A DNA stretch of 63,966 bases. Source: Chiloscyllium plagiosum. Lineage: Eukaryota. The notes under the pieces are model-generated. The model did not search any database and was not told the DNA's origin. It saw only the letters and a list, made by a program, of their open reading frames with translations. Of the stretch, positions 50,556 to 62,576 are shown piece by piece (the stretch's first letter is position 1; each line of letters opens with the position of its first letter). The stretch covers positions 97,343,644 through 97,407,609 of the forward strand of contig NC_057718.1 of NCBI RefSeq assembly GCF_004010195.1. Direction: 5' to 3'. Both the position numbers and the translations under genes were made by a program.

Positions 50556-51898
50556 AAATCCCACAAGATTGTCAGACAGTGGCATCTGAACATCTGAGCA
50601 ATGATGATGCAGATAATTATGCTACAATAGTACCAGCAGGGCATAGAGAGAAATGTGGTTGAGATACGAAAGAGGAGCAGAAGAGAAACACTTGACATTG
50701 CTGTATTTAATAGAACATATGCTTTCATGTAAATAAAGGTTTAAAGAATCTTCAGAGAGACAGAGAGAGCCTTATTCCAAGTTAAGGATACATTTCGGAT
50801 GCAAGGCACTCAGAGCAATGCAACCAGACAGAGGAGTGTCTGAGAGTAGGTTCCCAAGAGAAACAGGAAAGGATGCATGAAAGGATGGCCAGCAGGCAAG
50901 AGTTTCGGAGAGGAACTCAATCTATAGACATAGCTGAAGCAGCCCAGACAAGAGTTATCACAGTGTACTCTCAAAGCAAGAACAACAATCATATCAAAGA
51001 GACCATGGCTGTCCCAAAGCCCATCTCACTTCCAGAATCACTTCTTTCAGCTCATTGGGACACAATTTAATTACTTCAGCCATCAATTTCTTGTGAAGTC
51101 ACGTCATAAAACACCCTTTTTTGCGTTGAAGTGAAATTGACGGCCGCATGTCACAAGTCACTGTCTTCACCACAGCCTCTTTCTCTTGTTCCTATCTCCC
51201 CGAGTACGCAGCCACCGGCAGTTTCTTCCCCACCCCAAACCCAACCGCGTTACTTGTCTCGGTAATGGGACACACACTGAGAAAGACCCACCATCTGTCT
51301 GTGTCTCCAATCCCAACACCCAACCCACACACTTACCCATCCCCCCCCCACAACACTGCAGCACAGGAGTGAAGTGAGGGAGGAATAGTTCAAACCTGTT
51401 GAAGGAGCCCAGCAGGATGGACTCCACAGGACCTAATAATGATTGATTGGCAATGACTGAATTCTGCCAATTTTATGAATGATTGATGGGACTGTAATGT
51501 GGCAGTTTCCCAACCAGTGCTCCCTATAAGGTCTGTGGAGAGAGAAATAGTTAATGTTTTGAGTCTGCTATGTCTCCTTCAGAACTGAAGTTCTTCCAGC
51601 ATTTTTTTGTGTATGATTTAGAGTTCGAAAATCTTTGATTTTATTATAAGGTTTCAGGATGTGGGCTGATAGCATGGTTACAGAAATCCTGCGAGTACAG
51701 CAATACTTTAACATGTTGTAAATGTACCTGTTATACAAGCACTGGCCAATCATAGTATCAGCTCATCTGTTAAGAATTGGTCAGTTTCCCCTCGTTTTCT
51801 GGACAACATGCACAATCTTGACTGAAATTTGACTGACCTGATTAAACCTTACCAATCATGAGTTGATTTGTAATGGCAATATGGTTCAAAGGGTCTTT

Positions 51899-52224
51899 GA
51901 ATCATGGAAGCCCTACAATGTGGAAGCAGGCCATTTGGCCCATTGAGTCTATGTTGGCCATCAGAAAGGCATCCTCCCAACCTATCCCTATAATCTTGCG
52001 CCTCCCTACACATTCCTGCCCACTATTGACAATTTCCCATGGTCAATCTACGTAACCTGCACATCTTTGGACTGTGGGAAGAAACCGGAGCAACCGGAGG
52101 AAACCCACGCGGACACGGGGAGAATGTGCAAACTCCACACAGACAGTCGTCCAAGCTGAGAATCGAACCCAGGTCCGTGATGCTGTGAGGCAGCAGTGCT
52201 AAACACTGAGCCACCATATTGCCC
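51899..52224 (-). mobile_element. HE1 SINE
   Basis: Full length. Confidence 0.92.
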
Positions 52225-52479
52225 CAATTGTGGCACAGTGGTACTGTCTCTGCCTCTAGCTCAGAAGGTCTGGATTCGCATTCCACCTTAAAATGTGATG
52301 GCTGCAGAGGTGTGTCATTACAAGATGGTTTAAATAAAATATAGTTTATTCAGAATAGGGCAGAAACTTTGCAAAGCTCCTCAATGAATTTCATCAGAGA
52401 TTTTGTGGAAGAGCACATATTTAGTTCCCACATTGACTTGGTCAGGGACTCCCAAACAAAACCTGAATTCTGCTGGAAC

Positions 52480-52912
52480 TCTGAAGAAGGGGTAGGCCAT
52501 TCAGCCCCATGTGCCTGTTCTCCCATTCAATAAGATCATGGCTGATCAACTGCCTAATTCCATATACTTGTCTTTGAATTAACTCCATATCCATGCTTAA
52601 TAAAAAAAGATCAATCTCAGATTTAAAATTAACTGATCCAGCATCTACTCCCAAAGAGAATTCCAAATCTCTCCCAACCTTTGTGTGTGGAAGTGCTTCC
52701 TAACATCTCTCCTGAACGGTCTGGCCCTAATTCTCAGACTATGCCCCCTAGTTCTAGAATCCCCAACCAGTTGAAATAGTTTATCGTTGTCTATCCTGCC
52801 TTTTCCTGTTAATATCTTGAAGCCTTCAATCAGATTATCTCTTCAGCATCTAAATACTCGCGAAAACAGTTTGTATTATTGCTCATTATAACCTAACTTC
52901 TGAAGTCCAGGT
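52480..52912 (-). mobile_element. CR1 LINE 3' end
   Basis: 'ggccattcagcccc...gtgcttcctaacatctctcctgaacgg'; homologous to 25170-25555. Confidence 0.8.
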
Positions 52913-52926
52913 GATGGCTAGATACT

Positions 52927-53251
52927 AGATTAGATTCCTTACAGTATGGAAACAGGACCTTTGGCCCAACAAGTCCACACTGTCCCTCCGGAAAATAACC
53001 CACCCAGACCCATTCCCCTACCCTGTATTTACCCCTGACTAATAGACCTAACACTATGGGCAGTTTAGCATGGCCAATTCACCTGACCTGCACATCTTTG
53101 GATTGTGAGAGGAAACCAGAGCACCTAGTGGAAACCCACACAGACACAGGGAGAATGTGCAAACTCCACACAGACAGTCCCCGAAGCTGGAATTGAACCT
53201 GGGTTCCTGCCCCTGTGAGGCAGCAGTGCTAACCACTTAGCCACCATGCCA
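52927..53251 (-). mobile_element. HE1 SINE
   Basis: Full length. Confidence 0.93.
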
Positions 53252-53929
53252 CTGTGCCAACCCTTAGAACATTAGTCGGGGCCTTTAGATTACTAACCCA
53301 ATGACATGACAACTACATCACTGTCTCCCCATTACTGGAGCATATTTACAACACCCTGGTTTTAGACTCCTACGCAATGAAAGCCCCTCCTTATGTCAAT
53401 GCTATTGTGCCCTCCTTAATGCTAATTAACTTGCTCTAGTCACAGTCATTTGAGAGGAGTCGAAATCTGCAAAATATCTCCTGATAGTTCCTTGCAATAT
53501 TCAATAGTTTAATTAATCTGACTGTATTTGTCTGTTCACTGATCTAAGTCAACTTTGATTAGTTGCTGAAATCTGTAAGTGGTGACAAAAAGCTGTAGTA
53601 ACCTTGCAGATGGTCCCAGGAACAGACACAAAGATTGCTGGAGAAACGCAGAAGGTCTGGCAGCATCTGTGGAGAGAGAAATAGTTAACTGAAGTTTCTC
53701 CAACATTTTCTGTGTTTGAGTTAGAATTCCAGAATCTGCAGTATTTTGCTTTTACTGTAAGGTTGCAGGGTGTGGGCTGATAGTATGGTTCAGAAATCCT
53801 GTGAGTACAGACATACCTTAAAGTATTGGAAATGTAACTGTTGTAAACTAACGATGAGTGTCATCTCTGCATTGCTGTGAGATAGATCAGATGCAGGTAA
53901 CCCCAGCATTTTGAACATTTACTTTACGC

Positions 53930-54744
53930 AAAGACCTACGTTAGTATATTAAAGACCTACATTAGTATATTGAAGACCTACATTGGTATATTAAAGACCT
54001 ACATTAGTATACTAAAGACCTACACTGGTATATTAAAAATCTGCATTGATAAAATAAAGACCTATATTAGTATATTAAAGACCTACATTAGTATACTAAA
54101 GACCCACATTAGTATATTGAAGACCTACCTTGGTATATTAAAGACCTACATTAATATACTAAAGACCTATATTAGTATATTAAAGACCTACATTAGTATA
54201 TTAAAGACCTATATTAGTACACTAAAGACCCACATTAGTATATTGAAGACCTACATTGGTATATTAAACACCTACATTAGTATACTAAAGACCCACATTA
54301 GTATATTGAAGACCTACATTGGTATATTAAAGACCTTCATTAGTATATTAAAGACCCATATTAGTATATTTAGGACCTACATTAGTATACTAAAGATCCA
54401 CATTAGTATATTGAAGACCTACATTGGTATACTAAAGACCTACATTAGTATACTAAAGACCTACATTAGTATACTAAAGATCTACATTAGTATACTAAAG
54501 GCCTACATTAGTATACTAAAGACCCACATTAGTATATTGAAGACCTACATTAGTATATTGAAGACCTACATTGGTATATTAAAGACCTACATTAATATAT
54601 TAAAGACCTATATTAGTATACTAAAAACCTACATTAGTGTATTGAAGACCTACATTAGTATATTGAAGACCTACATTGGTAGATTAAAGACCTACATTGG
54701 TATATTAAAGACCTACATTAGTATATTGAAGACCTACATTAGTA
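53930..54744. repeat. 21-bp minisatellite, ~39 units
   Basis: Consensus AAAGACCTACATTAGTATATT; substitutions only, no visible indels. Confidence 0.97.
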
Positions 54745-55189
54745 CCTGTTTTCATGAATCTGAAGACGATTTTTGCGTTTACGAAAAATGGCAATACGTT
54801 TTCCCATATAAATCATGCATCTTTGCTTTACCCCATTTTCAACTCACAGAAGGTTTCCTGGGAATGCTCTACTTTCAGATAGCGGAGGCTAGCTGTACAT
54901 AAAATGGATAGCAAATTGGTGACTTCAGAAGTAAGTTTTTTGTTGCACTTTCTCTAGTGTATCCATTTCCTTTTGTTTTCAAATGGAGACCAGAATTGGT
55001 TATAGTGAGGTCTAACTAAGATCGTAACGTTGTCTGGGTTAGATGAACAATCACTCATATTTCCAGTTATACAAATCACCAAATGTTATTCAAAGTTATC
55101 CTGTTTTTCTTTAGTAAGCAGGTTAGGGAGATACTGTTAATCTTTTCAAAAACAATTTAAAAATAGATTGTGAGACAAGAATTCCAAAT

Positions 55190-55487
55190 TATAGTCATAG
55201 AGCTGAATAGCATGGAAACAGACCCTTCAGTACAATTTGTCCATACCCACCAGATATCCTAAATTAATCTCGTCCCATTTGCCAGCATTTGGCCCATATC
55301 CCTCTAAACCCTCCTTTTCATGTACCCTTCCGGTGCCTTGTAAATGTTGTAATTGTACCAGCCTCCACCACTTCCTCTGGTAGCTCATTCCACACAAGCA
55401 CCATCCTCTGCATGAAAAAGTTGCCCCTCAGGTCCCTTTTATATCTTGCCCATCTCACCTTAAAACTATGCCATTTAGTTTTGGACT
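55190..55487 (-). mobile_element. HER1/CR1 3' end
   Basis: 'catggaaacagacccttcag...aaaagttgcccctcaggtccc'. Confidence 0.9.
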
Positions 55488-55979
55488 CTTTAATCAGCCG
55501 TCCATTCTAATTATTCTCATGTCTATACGTTTGTGTCACCTATTTACCATTTCTCTAACTAATATTATGAAGTGGTCAGTAAGTTCTGAGTTCATCCAAG
55601 ATTTATCAAATTCTTTATAATCTTTGTGACAATTAGATCATCCCTTTAATCTCAGTGTTAATGTACAAAGCCCTAATTATTCCAGTCTCTCTTAATAGAT
55701 GTGATCCTATGTAGTAACAGCATAAAATAGCATATTTATACCATCATTCGATAGCAAGAGAGCAGTTATTCCACCACCCACACCCATTGTCCTGTTTATA
55801 TTTAGTCTCTTTAATGAATGGTATTCATTCTTTTCATTTAGTCACTCTCCTCCTTCCCCCATGTTGTTCTTTGAAGCATTTATAATCTTATTTTCAATTT
55901 TGAGTTGTTGGATTTGCAGTCCTTACGTTGATGTATTGGGGCTCTGAAACTTGCACTGATGTTGCACCATTACTTAAGG

Positions 55980-56302
55980 TTAGATTTGATTCCCTACAGT
56001 ATGAAAACAGGCCCTTCAGCTCAACATGTCCACACCGACAAGTAACCCACCCAGACCCACTCCCCTACCCTATATTTATCCCTAGCTAATGCACCTAACA
56101 CTGTGGGCAATATATCAAGGCCACTTCACCTAACCTGCACATCTTTGGATTGTGGGAGGAAATCAGAGCACCCGGAGGAAACCCACGCAGACACAGGGAG
56201 AGTGTGCAAACTCCACACAGACAGTTGCCCGAGGTGGGACTCGAACCCAGGTCCCTGGAGCTGTGAGGCAGCAGTGCTAACCACTGAGCCACTGTGCTGC
56301 CC
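55980..56302 (-). mobile_element. HE1 SINE
   Basis: Full length. Confidence 0.93.
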
Positions 56303-56484
56303 TTAGGAGAAGACGTCCGTGCTGCTCCTTCCTATTACAGTCATCTGCTCTGTTATAATTATGTGCTATCGGATCAAATAAACCACCTCCATGTGACACA
56401 TTAAAAACACAGAAGTAAGAACAGCTGTAAATGGAAGGCAATTATTAAGGCTCAACTAGGACGGAAATAGGTATTAAGTAGCAT

Positions 56485-57413
56485 TATCATCATCGGCTGT
56501 CCCTCAGCTCATGGTTGACCTTTATTCAGGGTTGTGGGATTTTGTTCTGTGTCTTCACAGTCTGATTCTCCACCCATTGGGCAAATGGGACTGAATGAGG
56601 ATAGGAGATCTAGGGTTGCAAGAATTCCTTCCCTCCCTGCACTGCCTCCTGACTAAGACTGTGAACATGATACAGCTTTGTCAACACGTTTGACTGTTTT
56701 GAATGATTGATAACAGCCGCTCCTTCTGGTTATTACGGTCAATGGTGCTGCGCTTCAAAGAGAGCTCAGGAATGTCTTTCAGAGTGTTCTCTTTGTCATC
56801 TCCTGCAATGTTGGCCATCTGAGAGGAGTGGGCTGCAGGAGATGTTTTTCAACCATCCAGACACAGCAGGCATTGCTTTGAAGTGGATTTGGGAGCTGGG
56901 AGTGTGGTGTTGGAAAAGCACAGCAGGTCAGGCAGCATCCGAGGAGCAGGAAAATCGACGTTTCATCCATAGGCCCTTCATCAGGAATGTCGATTTTCCT
57001 CCTCCTCGGATGACCTGCTGTGCTTTTCCAGCACCACACTCTCGAGTCTAATCTCCAGCATCTGCAGTCCTCACTTTCGCCCTGGATTTTGGAGGTGTTT
57101 TGCCAAAGGTGTATGGAGCCAGCTCCAACAGTGATGCAGGCATAAGTTCAGTAGTCCTCCCATTGTATCGGGTGGAGCCATTGCTGATGGACTTCGTCTC
57201 AAACTGTTGTGCTTCACTGTTATACATTCCAGGTAGCAGTATAGAACAGGACAGGGGTGACAGCAACTGTGTGCACTAAGAAAGATCTTGGTGACCAGCA
57301 GAGGCATCTGTTGTCAACTACTGGCTGATGTTGTTTGCCAAAGGTTGAGCTTGGACAGCCGACTCAGTGCTGGATCTGCTCATCAGTGTCTTGAGTGGGA
57401 GATCTGAAATAGG
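56485..57413 (-). mobile_element. Old RTE LINE, 3' segment (interrupted by a PLE hairpin)
   Basis: Minus strand: YFRSPTQDTDEQIQH*V ~ YLGS.LS..DIDEEIQHRI, then decayed post-RT motifs and a short (GAT)n tail at ~56485. Confidence 0.6.
56898..57082. mobile_element. Fold-back PLE terminal-repeat element
   Basis: 'gagtgtggtgttggaaaagcacagcaggtca' / 'tgacctgctgtgcttttccagcaccacactc'. Confidence 0.85.
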
Positions 57414-57428
57414 CCCCTACAGATCCTC

Positions 57429-57727
57429 AGGGCAAACAACCCCACTGCTCTGTGGATGACCACTTCAACTCCCCCTCCCACACCACCAAAGACATGCAAG
57501 TCCTGGGCCTCCTCCACCACCAAATCATAGCCACCTGATGCCTGGAGGAGGAACTCCTCATCTTCTGCCTTGGGACCCTACAACCACACAGTATCAACAT
57601 CGATTTCACCAGTTTCCTCATCTCCCCACCGACGTGACTGATGAAGGGCTCATGTCCGTAATGTTGACTCTCCTGCTCCTCAGATGCTGCCTGACCTGCT
57701 GTGCTTTTCTAGCACCACACATTTTGA
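57429..57727 (+). mobile_element. Penelope-like element 3' end with probable 13-bp TSD
   Basis: HFNSPSHTTKDMQVLGLLHHQ....LEEELLIFCLGTLQPHSINIDFTSF. Flanks cctacagatcctc (57416-57428) / cctacaaattctc (57728-57740). Confidence 0.85.
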
Positions 57728-58115
57728 CCTACAAATTCTCGACCAAGGCCAAGCAGGGCAGTGTGCACACCTCCACACAATACTCGGTGGTGGCTATCCA
57801 CTTCGACAAGGGTCAACTGTCCTCTGGTGCCCATTTGAATGCTGCTTAGATGCCGAACTCTTTACCCTCAGTCACCTTCATGCTAAAACTAGACTGACTA
57901 TGGACACACACAATGTATAAGTTTGGCTGCTTTGCCATTGACCACACCGCATGAGGTCCTCAAGGCATACTCGAACTCTTCATTTGTGCACACACCCAAC
58001 TCAGCCTGTCCTTGAATATTGCCAAAAGAAAACTCCTTTATCATCCCGCGACAGGTCAACTAAATATTCCACCTTATGTATCCGTTGAGGAAGAGACTGC
58101 GGAATCCGCTGAGCT
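57728..58115 (+). mobile_element. Old RTE LINE, inverted RT segment
   Basis: KAKQGSV ~ GVKQGCV; ELFTLSHLHAKTR ~ KLFNLRRL.AKTK; LSLSLNIAKRKLLYHPATGQLNIPPYVSVEEETAE ~ GL.LNI.KTKVLYQP.....PP.I.V.GE.LE. Confidence 0.65.
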
Positions 58116-58907
58116 TTAACATCAGCGCCTGTTATTAAATTCTAAGGTGAGAGCCAATTCGCAAGCGGCTCAGCAGAATTGATCTTTCTGTGAGATCTAG
58201 TTTTCTGTTGTGTATTTTGTTGATGTAGCATGCTGCAGTTTCTGCTCAAAATGATTAATGAACACATTTCAAGTATAGGTTCTCTCCCGGATGGAAGAAA
58301 GCTCAACTGCAGAAATGCGGGGCTGGAGTGCGCAGTGGGACACACATATTAGCATACAAAGTATTCGAAAGTGATGTTTTAAATGCACTCTTCCGTCAAC
58401 AGGGACTCCTGAAAAGCCCAAATCATGATGCCAGGCAACCAGTTATTACAGATAATGTATTATTTGCTGCAAAGCAGCTTCACCACGAGCTTATAAGGAA
58501 CATAATGAACTACTGGAGTACCTGTTACCGGCAGCTTAATAATATGTTTTAATTGACAGCCTGGAACATTTCAAGTCCTGCATCTATTATTCTCCCCAGT
58601 AGGTATAGGATCAAATCTTTATATAGAGCAGTGTCTTGCAAGTGGCTTTGCATCTACCGACGAACAAAGGAAGGAACTGCAAAGCTTGATTGCAAAGCCA
58701 CATCTGTCTCTCGTTTTCCAGTCTTTTCTAAGCACAAAGCTAAACATTTCATAACTGAGAGTGCAGAACAAGCATGGTAACACCAACTCCTTTGTAGTTT
58801 TAAGTATCAATCATCTCACTTAGGGTTTCACCCATACATAACTGAAAACATTTGACATTCTGCAACTGTTTTTCACATAGGAGCATGTGTCATCAGGGTC
58901 ACCCAAG

Positions 58908-59400
58908 TTATAGAGCCATAGAGATGTACAGCATGGAAACAGATTCTTCAGTCCAACTCATCCATGCCGACCAGACATCCTAACTTTAATCTGGTCCCAT
59001 TTGCCAGCACTTGACTCACATCGGTCTCAAACACTTCCTATTTGTATACCCTTTTAAATGTTTTAATTGTACCCCAGCCTCCACTATTTCCTCTGGCAGC
59101 TCATTCCATGCCGCGCACCACCCTTTGCATGAAAAAGGTGCCCCATAGCTCCATTTTAAATCTTTTCCCTCTCACCTTAAACATGTGCTCTCTAGTTTTG
59201 AACTCCCCCACCCCAGGGAAAAGACGTTGCCTATGTCCCCTATCCATGCCCCTCATGATTTTATAAACCTCTATGAGGTCACCCCTCAGCCTCCGACGCT
59301 CCAGGGAAAACAGCCCCAGCCTCTCGCTATAGCTCAAACCCTCCAACCCCAGTGAATTGTTTTTGAATCCTTTCAAGTTTCGTAACATCTTTCCTATCGC
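58908..59400 (-). mobile_element. HER1/CR1 3' end
   Basis: GLFSLERRRLRGDLIEVYKIMRG. Confidence 0.93.
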
Positions 59401-59589
59401 AAGTTGACTCAGCAAGATATTTCAAAAGGAATTGGGTAATTAATTGGAGGGGGGAAATCTTCAGGGATGTCAGGTAAGACCAGGGAGGTGGGGCCAACTG
59501 ATTGACCCTTCCACTGAGCCAGGACAAGTGCTATGTCTTTGTGTTTGGTGACTCCTCTTTCAAAGGGGTTGGAGTAGAAGAGTTGGGAA

Positions 59590-60147
59590 GTCTTACTGCG
59601 ACTGTACGAGTGAGACCACATCTGGGGTTCTGTGAACAGTTTTGGTCCCCTTATTTAGGGAAAAGTATCATTTCACTTGAGGCACTTTGGAGAACACTCA
59701 CTGGGATAGCTCCTGGTATGAGCAAAGACTAAACAGATTGGGACTGCAGCCACTGGAGTTTAGAAGAATGGGAGGTGATCTCAGTGTGACGTATCAAATT
59801 CTGAAGGGACTTGACAGGGTCAATGCTGAGAGGGTGTTCCTCATCATGGGAGAGTCTGGGAGCAGAGGCCTAGTTTCAAAATAAAGGAGCACCAATTTCA
59901 GACTGAGATGAGGAGGAATTTCTTCTCTCAGAGGGTTGTGAATCTTCAGAACTCCTCTCACAGAGACCTGTGGGGGCAGAGTCCTTGTGTATATTTAAGG
60001 CTGAGATAGATCAGTCGGGGACTCAAGGGTTATGGGAAAAGGGCAGGAAGGTGGATGTGAGGAATGTCGGATCAACCACGATCCTATTGAATGGCAGAGT
60101 AGGTTCAAGGGGCTGATTGGCCTACTCCTGCTCCTTTTATAGTCTTA
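59590..60147 (+). mobile_element. CR1 LINE 3' end
   Basis: VRPHLGFCEQFWSPYL; LNRLGLQPLEFRRMGGDL. Confidence 0.88.
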
Positions 60148-61105
60148 CAAGCAGAGAGTCATGATTCAATTGATTGCATGATTTAACTCCCCAAGTTGGA
60201 CAGTTTTGCAGGTTGCTTTAGGAATCAGTGACTTTTTTTTGTGAAATAGAAATCAACCGTCATTTTGTTTAAGACTATTGGACTGAATTTTCAGAGTTTT
60301 GTCCTGCAGCTCCAATTATTCAATGGAAAATAAGTAGGCTGAGACATCCTGCGCTGTATGAGCCTATCCGTCTCTTTTTAGAGTTGAGTTTGGGAAGATC
60401 AGAGCTCATGAAGTTTCTGAGCTGCACTAAGTACTCCAAGTATATGACTTCATCTGAGGTTTACTAAGTAACATCAAGACTGACAGCTGTGGCATTCAGT
60501 CTGATGGCTGGTTTGGATTTAATTTTGTACATCTCTGAAATGTCAGGACTCAGTTTCATGTATCCATCAACGTACATGGAATTAGATCTGGTAGGAACTG
60601 ATTTTACTTAAAGCATTGAGTGCTTTTGGCATTCGAACTGATATTACTTAAGATTTGCAAATCCTGCAGCATTCAATCATCCATATATTTCCAGGGTTGA
60701 TACCAGGCCATTTCAGATTCCCCGTGTCAGAATTTTGACTGATTCATTGCGGTAAACATGCTTATCTGATTACAATGGGGCAAGAGATTTGCTGCAGTCC
60801 AACATCTCATGACAAATCCCTGAAATTTCTCAGCCAGTCACGTGGAGCGCACATAAGTTGCTCGAGTTTTGATAATTTTACATTAAGAAGGACTGGAAAC
60901 AACAGAGCTGTCAGCCAAAGCAGAGTAAGCAATATATTCCCTGATGCAGTAAATCGCTTGCTCTCCCTATCAGCACAAATTTAAAAGCTACTTCATTTAT
61001 CAGTACAAGCTGCAGAGATTTAAAAAAGGATTAGATTCTCTTGTTTGAATTCTTTAAGCCAATTGCATTTTAATTGAATGACACGTTGTTAAATTCAGGA
61101 GCACA

Positions 61106-61628
61106 TTAGATTAGATTTCCTACAGAATGAAAACAGGCCCTTCGGCCCGACAAGTCCACACCGACCATCTGAAATTCTCCCCGTGTCTGCACGGGTTTCC
61201 TCCGGGTGCTCCGGTTTCCTCCCACAATCCAAAAATGTGCAGGTTAGGTGAATTGGCCATGCTAAATTGCCCGTAATATTAGGTGAAGGGGTAAATGTAG
61301 GGGAATGGGTCTGGGTGGGTTGCGCTTTGGCGGGTCGGTGTGGACTTGTTGGGCCGAAGGGCCTGTTTCCACACTGTAAGTAATCTAAAAGAATCTTAAA
61401 AAAAAGAGTAACCCACCCAGACCCATCTCCCTCTGACTAATGCACCTAACACTACGGGCAATTTAGCACAGCCAATTCACCTGACCTGCACATCTTTGGA
61501 CTGTGGGAGAAAACCCACACAGACACGGGGAGAATGTGCAAACTCCACAAAGTCACCCGAGGCTGGAATCAAACTTGGGTCCCTGGCGCTATGAGGCAGC
61601 AGTGCTAACCACTGAGCCACTGTGCCAC
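61106..61628 (-). mobile_element. HE1 SINE split by an opposite-strand HE1
   Basis: Outer halves 61106-61173 and 61406-61628 are contiguous ('ccgaccatctgaa|gagtaacccaccc'). Confidence 0.9.
61174..61405 (+). mobile_element. 5'-truncated HE1 SINE (nested)
   Basis: Starts in the V-domain; ends 'gtaagtaatctaaaagaatcttaaaaaaaa'. Confidence 0.92.
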
Positions 61629-62576
61629 TCCTAAACATTGAATGGTCAGAAATTAGGTTTGTTTTGAGTATGATGTAGTCCTTACAATGCCACAGACAGG
61701 AGTTTAGGTTCTCCTAGAGCCACTGAAGACAGGTTGCCTGCATCTTCGTTAATGAACAGGACATGGGCATTGGAAAGGCCAAAATGTGTTACCCATCCCC
61801 AAACTGGTGAGCTTGCTCAGCCAAAGATCCCCAAACTGGGGAGCTTGCTCAACCTTTTCAGAGGGCAGTTAAGAGTCACGCCAAGGTCAGACCAAGTAAT
61901 GATAGCAGAGTTCCTTTCCTGAAGAAATGAGTACACTGGATGGGTTTTTAACAACAATCAGTGAGAGCTGTCATCACTACCAAAGGTAACTTTAAGAAAT
62001 TCCAGACTAATTCACTGATGGAAATGCCACTAAATGTCAGAGATAGGGTTGAACTTCTGTCCCCAGTGAAGCAGACTGGGAGTTAGGCTTCTAATCTGGT
62101 GTGCATGACCACTATGCTACCATCTCAGCACTGAGTTGTAGTTGTTCTTGCTAACCTTCTTGGTTAGAAACAAGTAGATAACACTCTCTGCTTGAAATTA
62201 AGGCATGTTTTCCCGTGAGTGGGTCTGGTAAGGTCACATATTAAATTTGAATCTCTAAGTATTGGCAAACTCACATAGCATAAAAATTGAAACGCTATTG
62301 TCACTATATCCTCTCCCAGAGCCCCCATCATCAGCATAAATGTCACCTATCCCCAGTTATTTTCAGTTCCAACAAAGGGTCATTGGATTCGAAATGTTAC
62401 CTCTACTCCTCAGGTGCAGCCAGGCCAGCTGAATTTCTCTAGCACTTTCTATTTGTGTTTCAGATTTTCTGCATCCACAGTCCTTTTGTTTTATTACACA
62501 CTTTCAAATTACCTATTCAGTGTTAGCACATCGGTCCATTTTCCATGGTGAATTTATCTACTACTTTGCAACTTGA

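Noticed and set aside
50595..50700. C/D-box snoRNA (ATGATGA)
   Set aside because: No appropriately placed CTGA box D or terminal stem.
23420..52330. tRNA genes at ~23420, ~41425, ~42900 and ~52228 (A/B-box-like motifs)
   Set aside because: No convincing cloverleaf or acceptor stem; they look like decayed heads of short tRNA-derived SINEs.
53930..54744. CRISPR-like array
   Set aside because: Head-to-tail 21-bp units with no unique spacers, eukaryotic context and no cas genes.
713..56306. Many recurrent ORFs such as 'LDCGRKPEHPEETHADTGR' and 'MAQWLALLPHS'
   Set aside because: Chance translations of non-coding HE1 SINE copies.
27442..57051. Recurrent peptides 'MWCWKSTAGQAASEEQEN' and 'MLPDLLCFSS' as a small gene family
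   Set aside because: Translations of the PLE terminal repeat.
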